A stretch of DNA of 63,360 nucleotides, the filler included. It is 20 parts of 20 records of this genome, joined end to end, with 100 filler letters (N's around TTAATTAATTAA, not from the genome) between each part and the next. Parts side by side here need not be neighbours in the genome. Positions count along the whole stretch, not along the records: positions 36,793 to 40,668 come from SRR36015645_74249; positions 40,769 to 44,183 come from SRR36015645_74799; positions 44,284 to 48,635 come from SRR36015645_75056; positions 48,736 to 51,255 come from SRR36015645_75522; 16 more parts are not named here. One strand, written 5' to 3'. The position numbers and the translations under genes were made by a program. Each line of letters begins with the position of its first letter. Position 1 is the stretch's first letter. This document shows positions 36,693 to 48,859 of this stretch, piece after piece. Under the pieces are notes generated by a model. That model did not search any database, was not told where the DNA came from, and was given only the letters and a program-made list of their open reading frames with translations.

Positions 36693-36792
36693 NNNNNNNN
36701 NNNNNNNNNNNNNNNNNNNNNNNNNNNNNNNNNNNNTTAATTAATTAANNNNNNNNNNNNNNNNNNNNNNNNNNNNNNNNNNNNNNNNNNNN

Positions 36793-39700
36793 GTGCAAGC
36801 TTCCTGGACATTTTTCGTCCATGTGTAAAACTAAAGCAGAAAATAGAAACTCCGGAAAAGGGACATCGTGGAAAGATAGCCGCGAAGACAAATTCAAGAA
36901 GAAATACTACAAGAAAGAAAATCATGCTTACAGTAAAAAGTCGGTGAATTGCGTTGAATCGGAGAGTGAGGACGAATATGCGTTTGTCGTGTATCGCAGC
37001 AGGTACAGCAGCGGAATGGTTGATGTAAACGTAGGAGGTACACCCGTCCAAATGATCATTGATTCAGGGGCGACGTGTAACATCGTGGACAAGGCTACAT
37101 GGGAATTGTTGAAAAGCAACAAAATTAAATGTAAGTCGCAGAAAACAGCCACAAAATTGTATGCATACGGAAGCGAAAAACCGCTACAAACAGTTGGAAA
37201 ATTTCAAGCCGAAGCACAGCTATCGAACCGGAAAATCGAAGCCGAATTTGTTGTTGCCGACGTGAAAGGTAAACCACTGTTGGGACGAAAAACGGCAGAG
37301 CAATTGGGAATTTTACGAATCGGTCCGCAACTTCACGAGGTTAACTCGGTAGAAAAACAGGAAGAAATCATGGAAAGGTACAAAAGCTGCTTCGAAGGTG
37401 TCGGTAAGCTAAATGGCTATAAAGCGACAATTCATATCGACCCTACGGTTAAACCGGTAGCACAAAAACCAAGAAGAATAGCATTTAATATGCAAGAAAA
37501 AGTGGAAAGGAAACTAAAACAACTGTTGGAGTTAGACATTATAGAAAGAGTAGAAGGACCTACTCCGTGGGTTAGTCCATATGTGGCAGTACCACAGGAG
37601 CCGGATGACGTCCGCATTTGTGTTGACATGCGCCGTGCCAATGAAGCTATCATTCGTACACGACATCCAATACCCACAGTCGACGAAAAGCTACATAATA
37701 TGAACGGTAGTAAAGTGAAAAGTAAAATAGACCTCAATTGGGCATTTCATCAAGTAGAACTCGATGAAGCATCCAGACCGATTACAACGTTTGCAACTCA
37801 TCTTGGTCTTTTCCGATATAAACGACTAATGTTTGGAGTCAAAAGCGCGCCTGAAATGTACCAATACATAATACAGCAAGTAGTAGCGGGATGCGAAGGA
37901 GTAGAAAACATAGCGGATGACATTATCGTACATGGAAAAGATGATGCAGAACATGATGAACGCTTAGAAAAGCTGATGCAATGTCTTCAACGACGTGGCC
38001 TCACGGTCAATCCAAAAAAATGCAAGTTTAAAATGAATGAAATTACATTCATGGGACTTTTACTATCGGAAAGAGGAATCGGTCCAACTGAAGAACGTGT
38101 TAAAGCAGTGGTAGAGGCTAGGGAACCGCGAACTGCCGCAGAAGTCCGAAGTTTTCTTGGACTCGTGAACTTCAGTGCGCGATTTATCGCTGACTTAGCA
38201 ACCACATCAGAACCGCTACGGAAATTAACACGCAAAAATGTGCCATTTGAATGGGGTGAAGAACAGCAGACAGCATTTGATTGTTTGAAAAAGAAGTTAA
38301 CAAACGCTGAAACTCTGGGGTACTACAGCAAAGACTGTAAAACAGAAATTATCACGGATGCTGGACCAACAGGACTAGGAGCCGTACTAATACAGGAACA
38401 AGAAGGAACCAAACGGGTCATCAGCTACGCGAGCCGAAATTTAACACCGACCGAGAGAAGATATTCACAAACTGAAAAAGAAGCGCTTGCAATCGTGTGG
38501 GCGTGTGAGAAATTCCACATTTACTTGTACGGTCAGAAGTTTAAGATACGGTCAGATCACAAACCGTTAGAAACTATATATTCAGCACGATCAACACCAT
38601 GTGCACGTATTGAACGATGGGTGTTAAGACTACAACCGTACGAGTTCGAGGTCGTGTACATACCAGGTCGGGAAAATATCGCGGACTCGTTGTCGAGAAT
38701 GCTTCCTGAGGATCGCCAGGTAGATCCAAGCAGGAATGTCGCAGAAGAGTACATTCGATTTGTTGTAGAAACGAACACGCCTCGAGCGATGACAACTCGT
38801 GAATTGGAACATCTCTCGAAAGATGATGCCGAATGCTCGTTGCTTAAAGCATGTATTTTATCTGACAATTGGACAGGTATCGCCAATCCGTATGTGGCAA
38901 TCAAAAATGAACTAAGTGTTGTAGGACATTTGATTCTCCGTGGTACGCGCATATTGATTCCGAAATCGGTAAGGCAGAAACTTGTGAGTATTGCTCATGA
39001 AGGCCATATGGGCATAGTTAACACAAAACAGCGACTAAGAAGTAAAGTTTGGTGGCCCGGGATGGACAAAGATGTCGAAAAGTTTTGTCAGTCGTGTCAT
39101 AGCTGCCAATTAGTTAGCCGTCCGTCTCCACCGGAAGAGGTAAAATCGACAAAACTACCAACGGGACCATGGCAAGATCTTGCGATTGACTTGCTAGGAC
39201 CGCTACCCTCATCGGATTACATACTTGTGTTAATAGACTATTACAGCCGATATTTCGAGGTCGACATACTAAGGACTGTTACAAGTGAGAAAATTGTTCG
39301 AAGCATCGACAAGATGTTTGAAACTCACGGCCTGCCGAACGGTATAACAAGTGACAATGGTCCGCAGTTCATTGCTGAACAATATACATCATATTTGGAC
39401 CATAATGGTATACAGGCCAGACATATCACACCATTGTGGCCTCAGGCGAATGGGGAGGTAGAAAGACAGAATAGATCGCTTCTGAAGTGTCTTAAGATAG
39501 CCCAAGCCGAGAATAAAAACTGGAAAGACGAACTGTCGAAATACGTCTTTGCGTACCGAAACACACCACATGCAACCACTGGTATGTGTCCATCCGAACT
39601 ATTGTTTCGCCGAAAACTTAGAACAAAACTACCGCAGTTTTGTGAAGACATTAATGATACGGACGTTCGCGATCGCGATGAAGAAAAGAAAGGGATGACT

Positions 39701-40183
39701 AAGCTATATGCTGATAACCGACGTGGTGCAAAGGACTCGGACATTGTGCCAGGTGATAAGGTGCTGTTAAAGCAGCCAAAAACGAACAAACTGACCACTA
39801 CGTTCGCAAACAAACTCTATGATGTTATCGCCAAGAATGGTAACCAAGTGACCATTCAGTCAAAAGATGGCACCCAGTACAATAGGAACACGACGCATGT
39901 GAAGAAATACAACTGGGCTGCTCGTGATGAGGATGTTCAGTTAAATGGCAATCGAGACATGAGTGATTCGGAAGAGGACGTTCAGTTAAATACCAATCAA
40001 GACATTAGTGATTCGCAGATTTTAGACGCTAGTATAAACAATGAAAGTGCTACCCAAAGCACAGGTCAAAACAGTTACGAACAATCGAACATATCAAATA
40101 ATATGCCTTCAGAACCAGTAGTTAGAAATAGACCAAATAGAGTAAAATCAGTTCCAGAAAAATTTAAGGACTATCATATGTGA
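36793..40183 (+). mobile_element. Gypsy/Ty3 (Mag-clade-like) gag-pol, 5'-truncated, uninterrupted through integrase
   Basis: Knuckle remnant CKLPGHFSSMC, protease IDSGA, RT CVDMR.AN and IADD, RNase H TDA/SDHKPL, integrase HEGH..C..C, SDNGPQF and NGEVER. There is a 45-bp duplication (EDVQLN...) in the tail. Confidence 0.95.
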
Positions 40184-40624
40184 ATATGACTCTGTAAAGT
40201 ACAAACTGCACACATTGATAACATAGGCCAGACTATGTGGGTCTAGAAGTATGTTACTTATGCACACATACATGTAAATATGTCTATTGATAGAAATTAG
40301 TCTTGTTCGTTATTTAGTTAAGAGCAAACGTAGTTTGTTGCTAGATTAAACATATATAGTTTGTTGCTAGATTGGTTTGCAACTTTAGTTACTAGTTTAA
40401 GTTCTTTTCATTGCATATTTGTAGTAGAATCATAATTATGCATTTAAGAGTATGGTTATTAGTATGTTTAGTATTGATACATATTATGTAGATATAGCTG
40501 ATAAAACTCAAGTGTATTGAGCAATGCCACTTTAATCGGTATTATGATGCTTACAAACTGCTATACACTGTAGTGTCAAGTTCAAGATAAGTTACATTTT
40601 TCCATACGGTACCATATGCTATCT

Positions 40625-40668
40625 GAAAAGAAGAGGGATTGTAATGTTGCATTGAAATATATTTGTAA
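40625..40668 (+). promoter_or_regulatory. Polypurine tract and start of the 3' LTR
   Basis: GAAAAGAAGAGGGA (40625-40638) followed by TGTAATG at 40640. Confidence 0.8.
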
Positions 40669-40768
40669 NNNNNNNNNNNNNNNNNNNNNNNNNNNNNNNN
40701 NNNNNNNNNNNNTTAATTAATTAANNNNNNNNNNNNNNNNNNNNNNNNNNNNNNNNNNNNNNNNNNNN

Positions 40769-43700
40769 TTTCGATTGATTTTTCAGTTATATTCATTTCT
40801 CTGATCACTTTCTTCGTTGTTTTATTGGGCTGGTTTCTGATCGAGATCATAGTTTTGAGGTTCGTTCTGTGAATAGTTTCGCTCAGTTTCAAGGTTTTGT
40901 TGATGATTCTTTCACTGTGGAATGCCTCATATTTCTTCTTGCCTTTTTCAGATGCATTCAGGACGTCATTTCTGATCTCCTCTGTCATCACCTCTTTTGT
41001 GACAAAGTTGTGTAGCACTGAGGAACATTCTGCTGAAAACGGTGACCCTCTCACTTCAATGTACTTTATCATTTCTTGGATGTGTCCTTCTTTTCTATTC
41101 GTGGTTGACTGTGATGATTCGTGATGGTGCCATGCCTCGGACGTGTTCTCATTGACACCAGTATACTCGCGGTGCAAGTTTTTCACAGCCATCATTTCAT
41201 GATAGATCAGATCCCATTGAGCGATATACTGCTTCTGTTTGGCATGCCCAATAACACCATCACTACACTTTGATGAGAGGTTGATAGTCTGCTCAAGCTT
41301 CTGATCACCACCAACTGCTGAGAAGCGACCGGGTTTGTCCTTAATTGAGAATGACTGTCCCTCAGAGAAGTTTTCATAGACAGATGGGGCTGTTTCAGGC
41401 AGGCTCCTTGCATCTTCTAGGTACACTGTGCCCCAGCGGAGGTAATTCGTTGAATCCCAAGCAGCAAACTCATAGAGGGCACGTTGCATTGCATCAAGAT
41501 GCAACTGCCATAATCCTTCTCGGTCAGCTCGCAACAGATCAAGAGTTATTTCATGTCGTTTCAGGAACTGACACCAGAATTGGAAGTTCTCGTTTGTGGA
41601 AGATCTTGTCTCGATGAAAGTCCTCAGATCATCGATTAGCTTCGAAGAGGATGTTTGGAATTGCTCCAACAACTTCTGACTCTCTGACACATTTCCCCTA
41701 GCTGTGCTCTTCTTAAGTTGACCAAGAATTTCTAGTTCGTCTGAATAGTTTGCAACTCCTTTATCCACAAAGAACGCCTTGTACAGCAAGCGTTGCATTG
41801 ATTCAGCTAGGAGTTTTTGCCCATCTAGTGAACGGCTGTAGTGACCTCCATTCAGAATAGAGTTCTGGATCACAGTTGGCCCGTAGACACCAGCTTCTAG
41901 CCACACATTTTCCGCGCCACTTCCTTCCAAGCTCTTTCCAGTGCATTTTAGCAGCGTCTTAGCTGTGTGGAATGTCCCAAGACATAGCACGAGACTTTTG
42001 AATTCCGTTGGCCGTAGAAGCTGAATCTCCTTTGCCATGCAGTACACCTTTTCATCTGCATAAACAGGAAGGTTGTGCTGGGCGAGTTGTGAGCAAATTG
42101 CCAGCAGATTCTTCATCTGTGTGTATACGGCACTATACAATGTGACGGGATATGGTAGAACAGGTAGGAATGCTACTTGTTTGAGTGGAACATTTTCGTC
42201 TGTCCAGACAGCATTACTAGCACTCCAAGAAGGCATGGTCTGCAATGGAGGGTAAATAATGCGATCAACCTGGTTGTCTTTAAACTCAATATCAAGATTC
42301 AGACGGCCAAATGACCACGCGATGTCACTCAGCCTCTTTTTTTCTGTGTCATCAGTTTTGTAGTGTTCATCATTGCCCTTGAACGAGTCTGGAAGGTCCG
42401 GTCGTTTGACGCGTGCTTCGAACTCTTGAAGAATCTGGCATGGGAGGGTTTCCTTAAATGCCTGCGGGCCGTGTTCTACCAAGGTATCGGAGCGTTTGGG
42501 CTTGAATCTCAGGGAACTAGGTTTGTCCTGAAAAAGAACACAGACTGTGTCATGCTCAGACACACTAGCGCCTTCATGATCCCAGTTGTCGAAGCCCGAT
42601 GATGTGAATTCTCCAGGATCAAAATGAGCTGGAAGCACAACGTCCCGATTATTCTGCTGTGCAGTGTAGGTTGCAATGTCGTACTGGTATCGTCGCAATT
42701 CTGCATAGCTTAATGCAAGGCCTTGGTGATTCAAGATAATGGTGAAAATTTTCCCTCCACGCCCAAGACTGTGAGCTGATTCAGCATTCATTATGTGCAT
42801 TGGTGTTCTCTTTCTGCCACAATGATGCACATAGTACATAGTCTGAAACAGAGCTTGGATCTTCCTGCAGCGTTGAGCAGAGAGGCAACCATCATTGTTA
42901 TTCCATCTGTCACTATTCTCTGTTTCATCTGCATCATCTAACTCATCTTCTGCTGTAGGATCTGTCTCCGTCATTACAGCTTCAGCTGCCTTGGAGTATG
43001 TCCCTGGATTAAAATTGAATAAATATCCTAAAAACCTAAGTACCGGCTCTGGTATTCTCATACTGCAGCATGCATGTTTGAGATCTTGAGCATCGCTGAA
43101 TCTATCGTCTAAGTCAAAATCATGACTATCTAGACTTTGCCTTAGCACACTAGCACACACCTGTTGAGGATCAATGGAGCGAATACGCTCTGCCAAAAAA
43201 TCTGCTCTATTACACGGTACACTATAAACCATCACACACTTGCGCACCTCGTCAGGATATGTGAAATCAATGCTGCTACCAAAATGTCTCAACAAAAATA
43301 TCTTCACATCTCTATTTTGAAATTGATGCTCATCATCAACAAGTCTATTCAATCGGTCTCTAATTGCACTGAGTTCATAACCATTGCCACTTTTCATTCC
43401 CTCTTCTAACTCAGACACGATATCGCCCCATGCACGCTGCTTAGAGTTCAGCTCCGGACGTTTGCCAGTTGAACTTGAACCATGCTCGAATTTTTGGAGG
43501 TATAATGTCATGCAAGTTTTGTGATAAAACAAGTCAGCTCCAAAAACTGCATGTTCATTCTGGAGGTCACAAATTCGACTGAAAATGTCATCCTGGAAGA
43601 AGTTTGCTGCTTCTAAAAAAGAAGTGGCACGATTTGACTCGGATATACGATATTTTGTGAAGTCCCGTTTGTATGTCTTATTGTCACAAATTATGCAGTT

Positions 43701-44093
43701 CATCAAGTGTGTCACACTTCGCGCATCTGTAGGATTTGGAGGTGAACGTACAGCACCGTGAGAGCGAGTCACAAATCCAAGTGGACTGCCAGTTTCTTCT
43801 GAGCATTGCGGTGTTTTTTGCGATTCCCCACCTTTCTGGATGTGTCTTAGCACATGTGCATTGGTGTACTGCTTGTAGCACTCGTTTGAAACATGATAGA
43901 AGAAGTCACTCTCGGTTGGCATCAGTTTTATGCGTTTTGTTACAGAGTCATTTCGTATGTCACTAGCTTCCCGTATTCGTTTACATCCGTTGGGCAAGCT
44001 GATTAGTTTTTCCTGTGTCTGCTGTTGACAAATCACACACTTTGCTCGGTCAAAATCACCAGTTCCGGACCCTGAAAGCCGTACAGATTCCAT
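40769..44093 (-). mobile_element. Academ-superfamily DDE transposase, 3'-truncated
   Basis: Colinear with the 56287-60708 protein: YH..C, FDNWD, YADEKVY, LGTFH, GSG, G.HY.RSL, ADR.G.W.LH, Y.RWG..YL and DQKLEQTIN. Confidence 0.75.
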
Positions 44094-44159
44094 TGCTGAT
44101 TGTTGATTAGGACTTGTCTTCGTAATTTATCTAAAATATAAAAAGATCGTATTACAAGG

Positions 44160-44183
44160 AGAGAGAGAGAGAGAGAGAGAGAG
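44160..44183 (+). repeat. (GA)n microsatellite at the fragment end
   Basis: About 12 GA units, directly visible. Confidence 0.95.
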
Positions 44184-44283
44184 NNNNNNNNNNNNNNNNN
44201 NNNNNNNNNNNNNNNNNNNNNNNNNNNTTAATTAATTAANNNNNNNNNNNNNNNNNNNNNNNNNNNNNNNNNNNNNNNNNNNN

Positions 44284-47200
44284 TGTTGGTGTAAATATGG
44301 TCGATTAGAGACCCCGATATGTGTGTTGCTTTCACAACAACTTGGAGACAATTAAAAGTTTCACTCATAAATGTCAAAAATGAATCGTTACATTTAGTCA
44401 GATCAATATTAAAATCTCCTTGAATTATTAGTGGTTGGTTCTTATTTACCATTCTGGATAGTTGTTCACGTATTGCCTGTTTTATTTGAGATAATGAACA
44501 AGAAGGTTTTATATACACTGTGGCCACTTGCGTAATCTTGGAGTTTATTGCTAGAGTTAAGGCAATTATTTCAATGACATTTGTTGTAACGCTGACATTA
44601 TTGATGACACATAAGTTTTCCTTGACGTACATAGCTAACCCGCGATGTGGGCGCGTAGTGTCGCCTCTTCTCTTGCTATTCTGTAGGAAAACCTTATATC
44701 CTGAGCATTTTATCTGTTCCTGGCTATCACTATCCAATAGCCACGTCTCAGCGATTCCCACAATGTTTGCCGACATTAAATTTTTATCCTCTCTAATGTC
44801 CATTATATGAGCCTTTAGTGATCTAGCATTTACAAAAGCTGAAGTGAATGTGCTTGATGGCAAATGATATATTGGCTGGTAACACAACGGTAGGTTCGCT
44901 TCATTTCGTAGTCGAAGCATTTCTTCTTTAACTTTGTCTGATATACATATCTTATCCTCATTTAGGTTCAGTATGTGTAAGGAGTTTATATTTCGTACTC
45001 TGCTGATCGCAACATAATGTATGTGAGGAATTGACCGATTACTTGACATATCTATAACAACTTCATCCATTGTATCTCCTTGTGATTTATGGACTGTCTT
45101 TGCAATAGAAATTATGAGTGGCATTTGAATTCGTGAAATATTTTTCCTCAAGTATGTAAATATTCTTGTAATGTCAAAAATTGGTGTCCATTCTGCGTTA
45201 ATGTTTTTGTGGTACAGACGTTTGTATTGGCTTCTGTGGCTCTTTCCTATATCGCTCCTTTCAAACGTTACCCATATCACACTTGGTCTGTCGGTTGTTT
45301 TGATTTTTCTTTCTATTTTTTCTGTCTTACATGTGGCACCATTTGTCAAGCCGTCGTCCACTTCAATGTTTGCAGTCAAACTGTATGTCAGCCCCACAGC
45401 GACATGTACTATATTTGATAATCCTGCAGTTTTAGATGCATCTGTGGGAAGTTTGTCTAAGATACGCTGTTTAACATTTGGCGGATCATCTCCGATGACG
45501 GCATCTAGTGAGGGTATTGGCACCTTATCTGTATGCACATCTTCATATATTACAAAATTGTGCTCATGCACGAGTTTCTTTGTAGTGTACAAATGTTGAA
45601 CCGATCTGTATTGTTTATAATTATCACTGTCCTTTGATATGATCCTTTGTTTCAGTTTATTAATGTCATCTTCAGTATGCATCCCTTCACGAAGACGATT
45701 TAGTAGATGAGAGAACTCTAAATCATCTCGCTGTCTCATGATTTCTGTGAGTTCGTAGAAAGTGAAATATTGAGTCCAGAGGTTGGTGGCTAATGCTCCG
45801 TAGTTGGCGTTTAGATTTTCGAATATCCAGCTGTCCATAACTGGCTTCAGTTGGTACAAATCTCCAATTAATATTACTGAGACGTCTCCAAAACATTTGT
45901 TAGTGCCCTTTATTTGTTTTAACCTTTCATTTATTAAGCGAAACATACGGTTTCCAACCATAGATACTTCGTCTATTATCAAGAGAGTCAGATGTCTATA
46001 TTTGGTCCGCAAAGAATTCAATGTTCCACTATCTAAAGGTTTGCAATTGAATCCCTGACTAGCAGGAATCTTAAAAGCAGAGTGAATTGTTCTACCACCG
46101 ATGTTAAAGGCTGCCTTTCCTGTTGGTGCACAAAGTAGTATTCTGCATTCATCCGGATTATCCCCTTCTTTTCGCGATAGCCGTCGTGACAGTTCTTGAA
46201 AGAGCACTTTTACCAAAACTGATTTTCCGACACCAGCACCTCCAGTTAAAAAAATCCGAACCGGCTCGTTGCTTAGTCTAAGGGCTTGTAATATGTGTAG
46301 AAATATTTCACTTTGTTTTAGATTAAGAGATCTGGCGAGGCTTTGATATTCGTCTGTATTCATTAAATGAGGATTGGTGTCACATTCTACAGTATCTAAA
46401 GGTGGTAGTCCTATATCTATTCCTATATCATAGTTTATTTGATATTCTGGCCGATCTGGATTGAAGTATATGAATGGCATATCATCTTCACCGTTGTTGT
46501 CTGCATTCTCTGTTTCCTGACCATCTGTGGATTCGTCCTCATTTGCTGCGTCCATTTCAACAGTGCGTACAGCCTCTTCTATGTTCTTATTTCGCTCATA
46601 CTCCTTTGCCTTTTTGTCAACAGTAGCTTTGATGGCTGTGTAGTGTTCTTGGTACGTCTGGTATGTACTTAGTATGTCTATCTTTTCATTTCTCCAAGGG
46701 TAGAACAACATGATTTTTTCCCTATAATGATTTTCTGCGTCAGTCTTTACTGAATATTTGACATATCTTATAATACGCGCCTTTTTCCTTTCGGTAATCT
46801 TATTGCTTGTGACTGTCACGTTCGTATCTATATTGCTGTGATTATCTGCGTCTTCATCTGTATTTGATTCATTTTCGTCACGGATGTTATCGCTAAAGCA
46901 ACTTTCACTCGTTTGGATTTTACACACTGGCCGTTTTGCAACGTAATCGGCAAGACAATATTGTTCGAGTTCTTTCGGTCTCTTGGCATATCGTTTGATG
47001 ATGTTATCTGACTCTATGTCTGTTGATTCTGGTGGTAGCGCTTCTAATGCTTTTTTGTCTTTCAGTAAATATGTTCTTTCTTCAGGTGGAGATGTGTTTA
47101 CAAAATAGGTCTCTCTGGTTGCTTTCGTGATTGGCAGTTGTAGATTTAGATAGCAAGCTTCTTGAGCACTATGTTCAACAGCATTGAGGAACTTGTTGCC

Positions 47201-48634
47201 CATGTGTCTTATCTGTTGCCGGAGATTATAGTTGCCTTCCTTTGCTTCCTTGCTTGCCTGTTGTAGCAACAAGCTCATGGATCGCTGATGTTTACCGATG
47301 TAGGAAACTATGTAAACGGCACAAGCATATGCATCCAAGATAAATTGGATATCATGGTTAGCTTTCCATCCATTCAGTATTTTCCGTGTGTAGGAATTTA
47401 TTCTTATTTCTGATAGCGTCCTTTTCAAAAAAACTGTTGGACTGTTTAAGGAACTTTGTATTGCCTTCATGTAATCATCTTGTTGTATATCCACAGATGC
47501 TAAAAAATCGTCGTATGTCACATCACTGCCATCTTTCATCTCGTTCAGCTTCTCTTGGATTTTCTTGTATAGCTTGCTGTACTTGTCACCATCTTCCTCA
47601 CTGTCTAGTGGTTCTAACAGCATGGTTTGTTGCATAGGAGGTTTGGGGAATCCGAATCGACAGACTGGTTTGTTGGTTTTGCGACAAGTTTTGGAATGCT
47701 TGTGCCGTTGCAGGTCAACATATTGGCACATGTCATCATCTACATTTGCTGAGCAGGAAACGTATTCATCAATAAATCCTGTTATGTCGCCATTTGAAGC
47801 TTCTTCATATTTCGGTGCATTTGCTACCCAAACAAGCATATGTATATGAGGGGATCCTCTATCTTGAAACTCCACCCTATAGAAGTAATCCTGTATAGGA
47901 CCTATTGGATGGTGGTGACTGTTCAGTACTGTCTTTAGATATTCTTGTACTCTGTGGTCAAAATACCGGCAACAAGTGACAGGGTCTTGCTGTATCAGCT
48001 TGCTCTTTTCAATCCAATTCATGCCTGTTACTTCTTCTTCCGACGGTTCTCTTCCATTTTTTAATTTGTACAACATACTTAGTAAGTCTGTCCATCTGGT
48101 GTCCGCAGCTGAATATGACATGAACCAGGTAGGTATACCGAGTTGTCTTATCATTGCAAATATGTCTTTTTTTCTTGATTCCAAATAGGGTGGTGAATTT
48201 CTGATTGTTCTAAAAATGTAATAACCTTCGTCAAGGCGTATCAAGTTATCCAAAAATGATTTTTCCTGCAAATTTCCAGCAGTTACGCTTTTCCCCTTAG
48301 ATTTACATCTTCTCATGGCAATATTGACTTTATCCGAGATTTGCTTCATTTGCTGTTTTTTCAACTTAAAGAACAAATTAGGCACATTATTGGCTACTCT
48401 CCGATCTTTATGTCTGAGCTCCCATTTGACTATGTCACTGTAATGTACTGGGACATCTCTCTCTTTGTTGGATACTCTTCGCTGTCCACAATATATTGTT
48501 GGGAAAGCTAGATACTCTGCGTCAGGATCTTGGTAAAGACTTAATGGTCGCTGGCCTTCTCCTGGTGCAAATGTGTATATGTTCTCCACGCTATGATCAT
48601 ACTCATCCAGCAGGGTATCAAGATTACCAGCCCG
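44284..48634 (-). mobile_element. Helentron: Rep(HUH) + Pif1 helicase + AP-like endonuclease in one ORF, partial at both ends
   Basis: Rep motifs RVEFQDRGSPHIH and YIVSYIGK. Helicase motifs GGAGVGKS, APTGKAA, IIDEVSM, GDLYQL and TVHKSQG. Endonuclease motifs FVNARSL, IAETWL, GDFN and SLIDHIY. Confidence 0.92.
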
Positions 48635-48859
48635 ANNNNNNNNNNNNNNNNNNNNNNNNNNNNNNNNNNNNNNNNNNNNTTAATTAATTAANNNNNNNNN
48701 NNNNNNNNNNNNNNNNNNNNNNNNNNNNNNNNNNNCAATGAAATAATCATTGCAGGCATACCACCTAACTGTTCAAACCTGACTTGTGTGAGCGTGTGTT
48801 AATAATTATGGATTAATCGCCTCCACTGGGTATAGTGCATTTGCTGTTTTTACTTGTAG

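Noticed and set aside
37910-37921. RT motif IADD instead of YxDD
   Set aside because: This is a common variant in Mag-like Gypsy elements and is not unusual.
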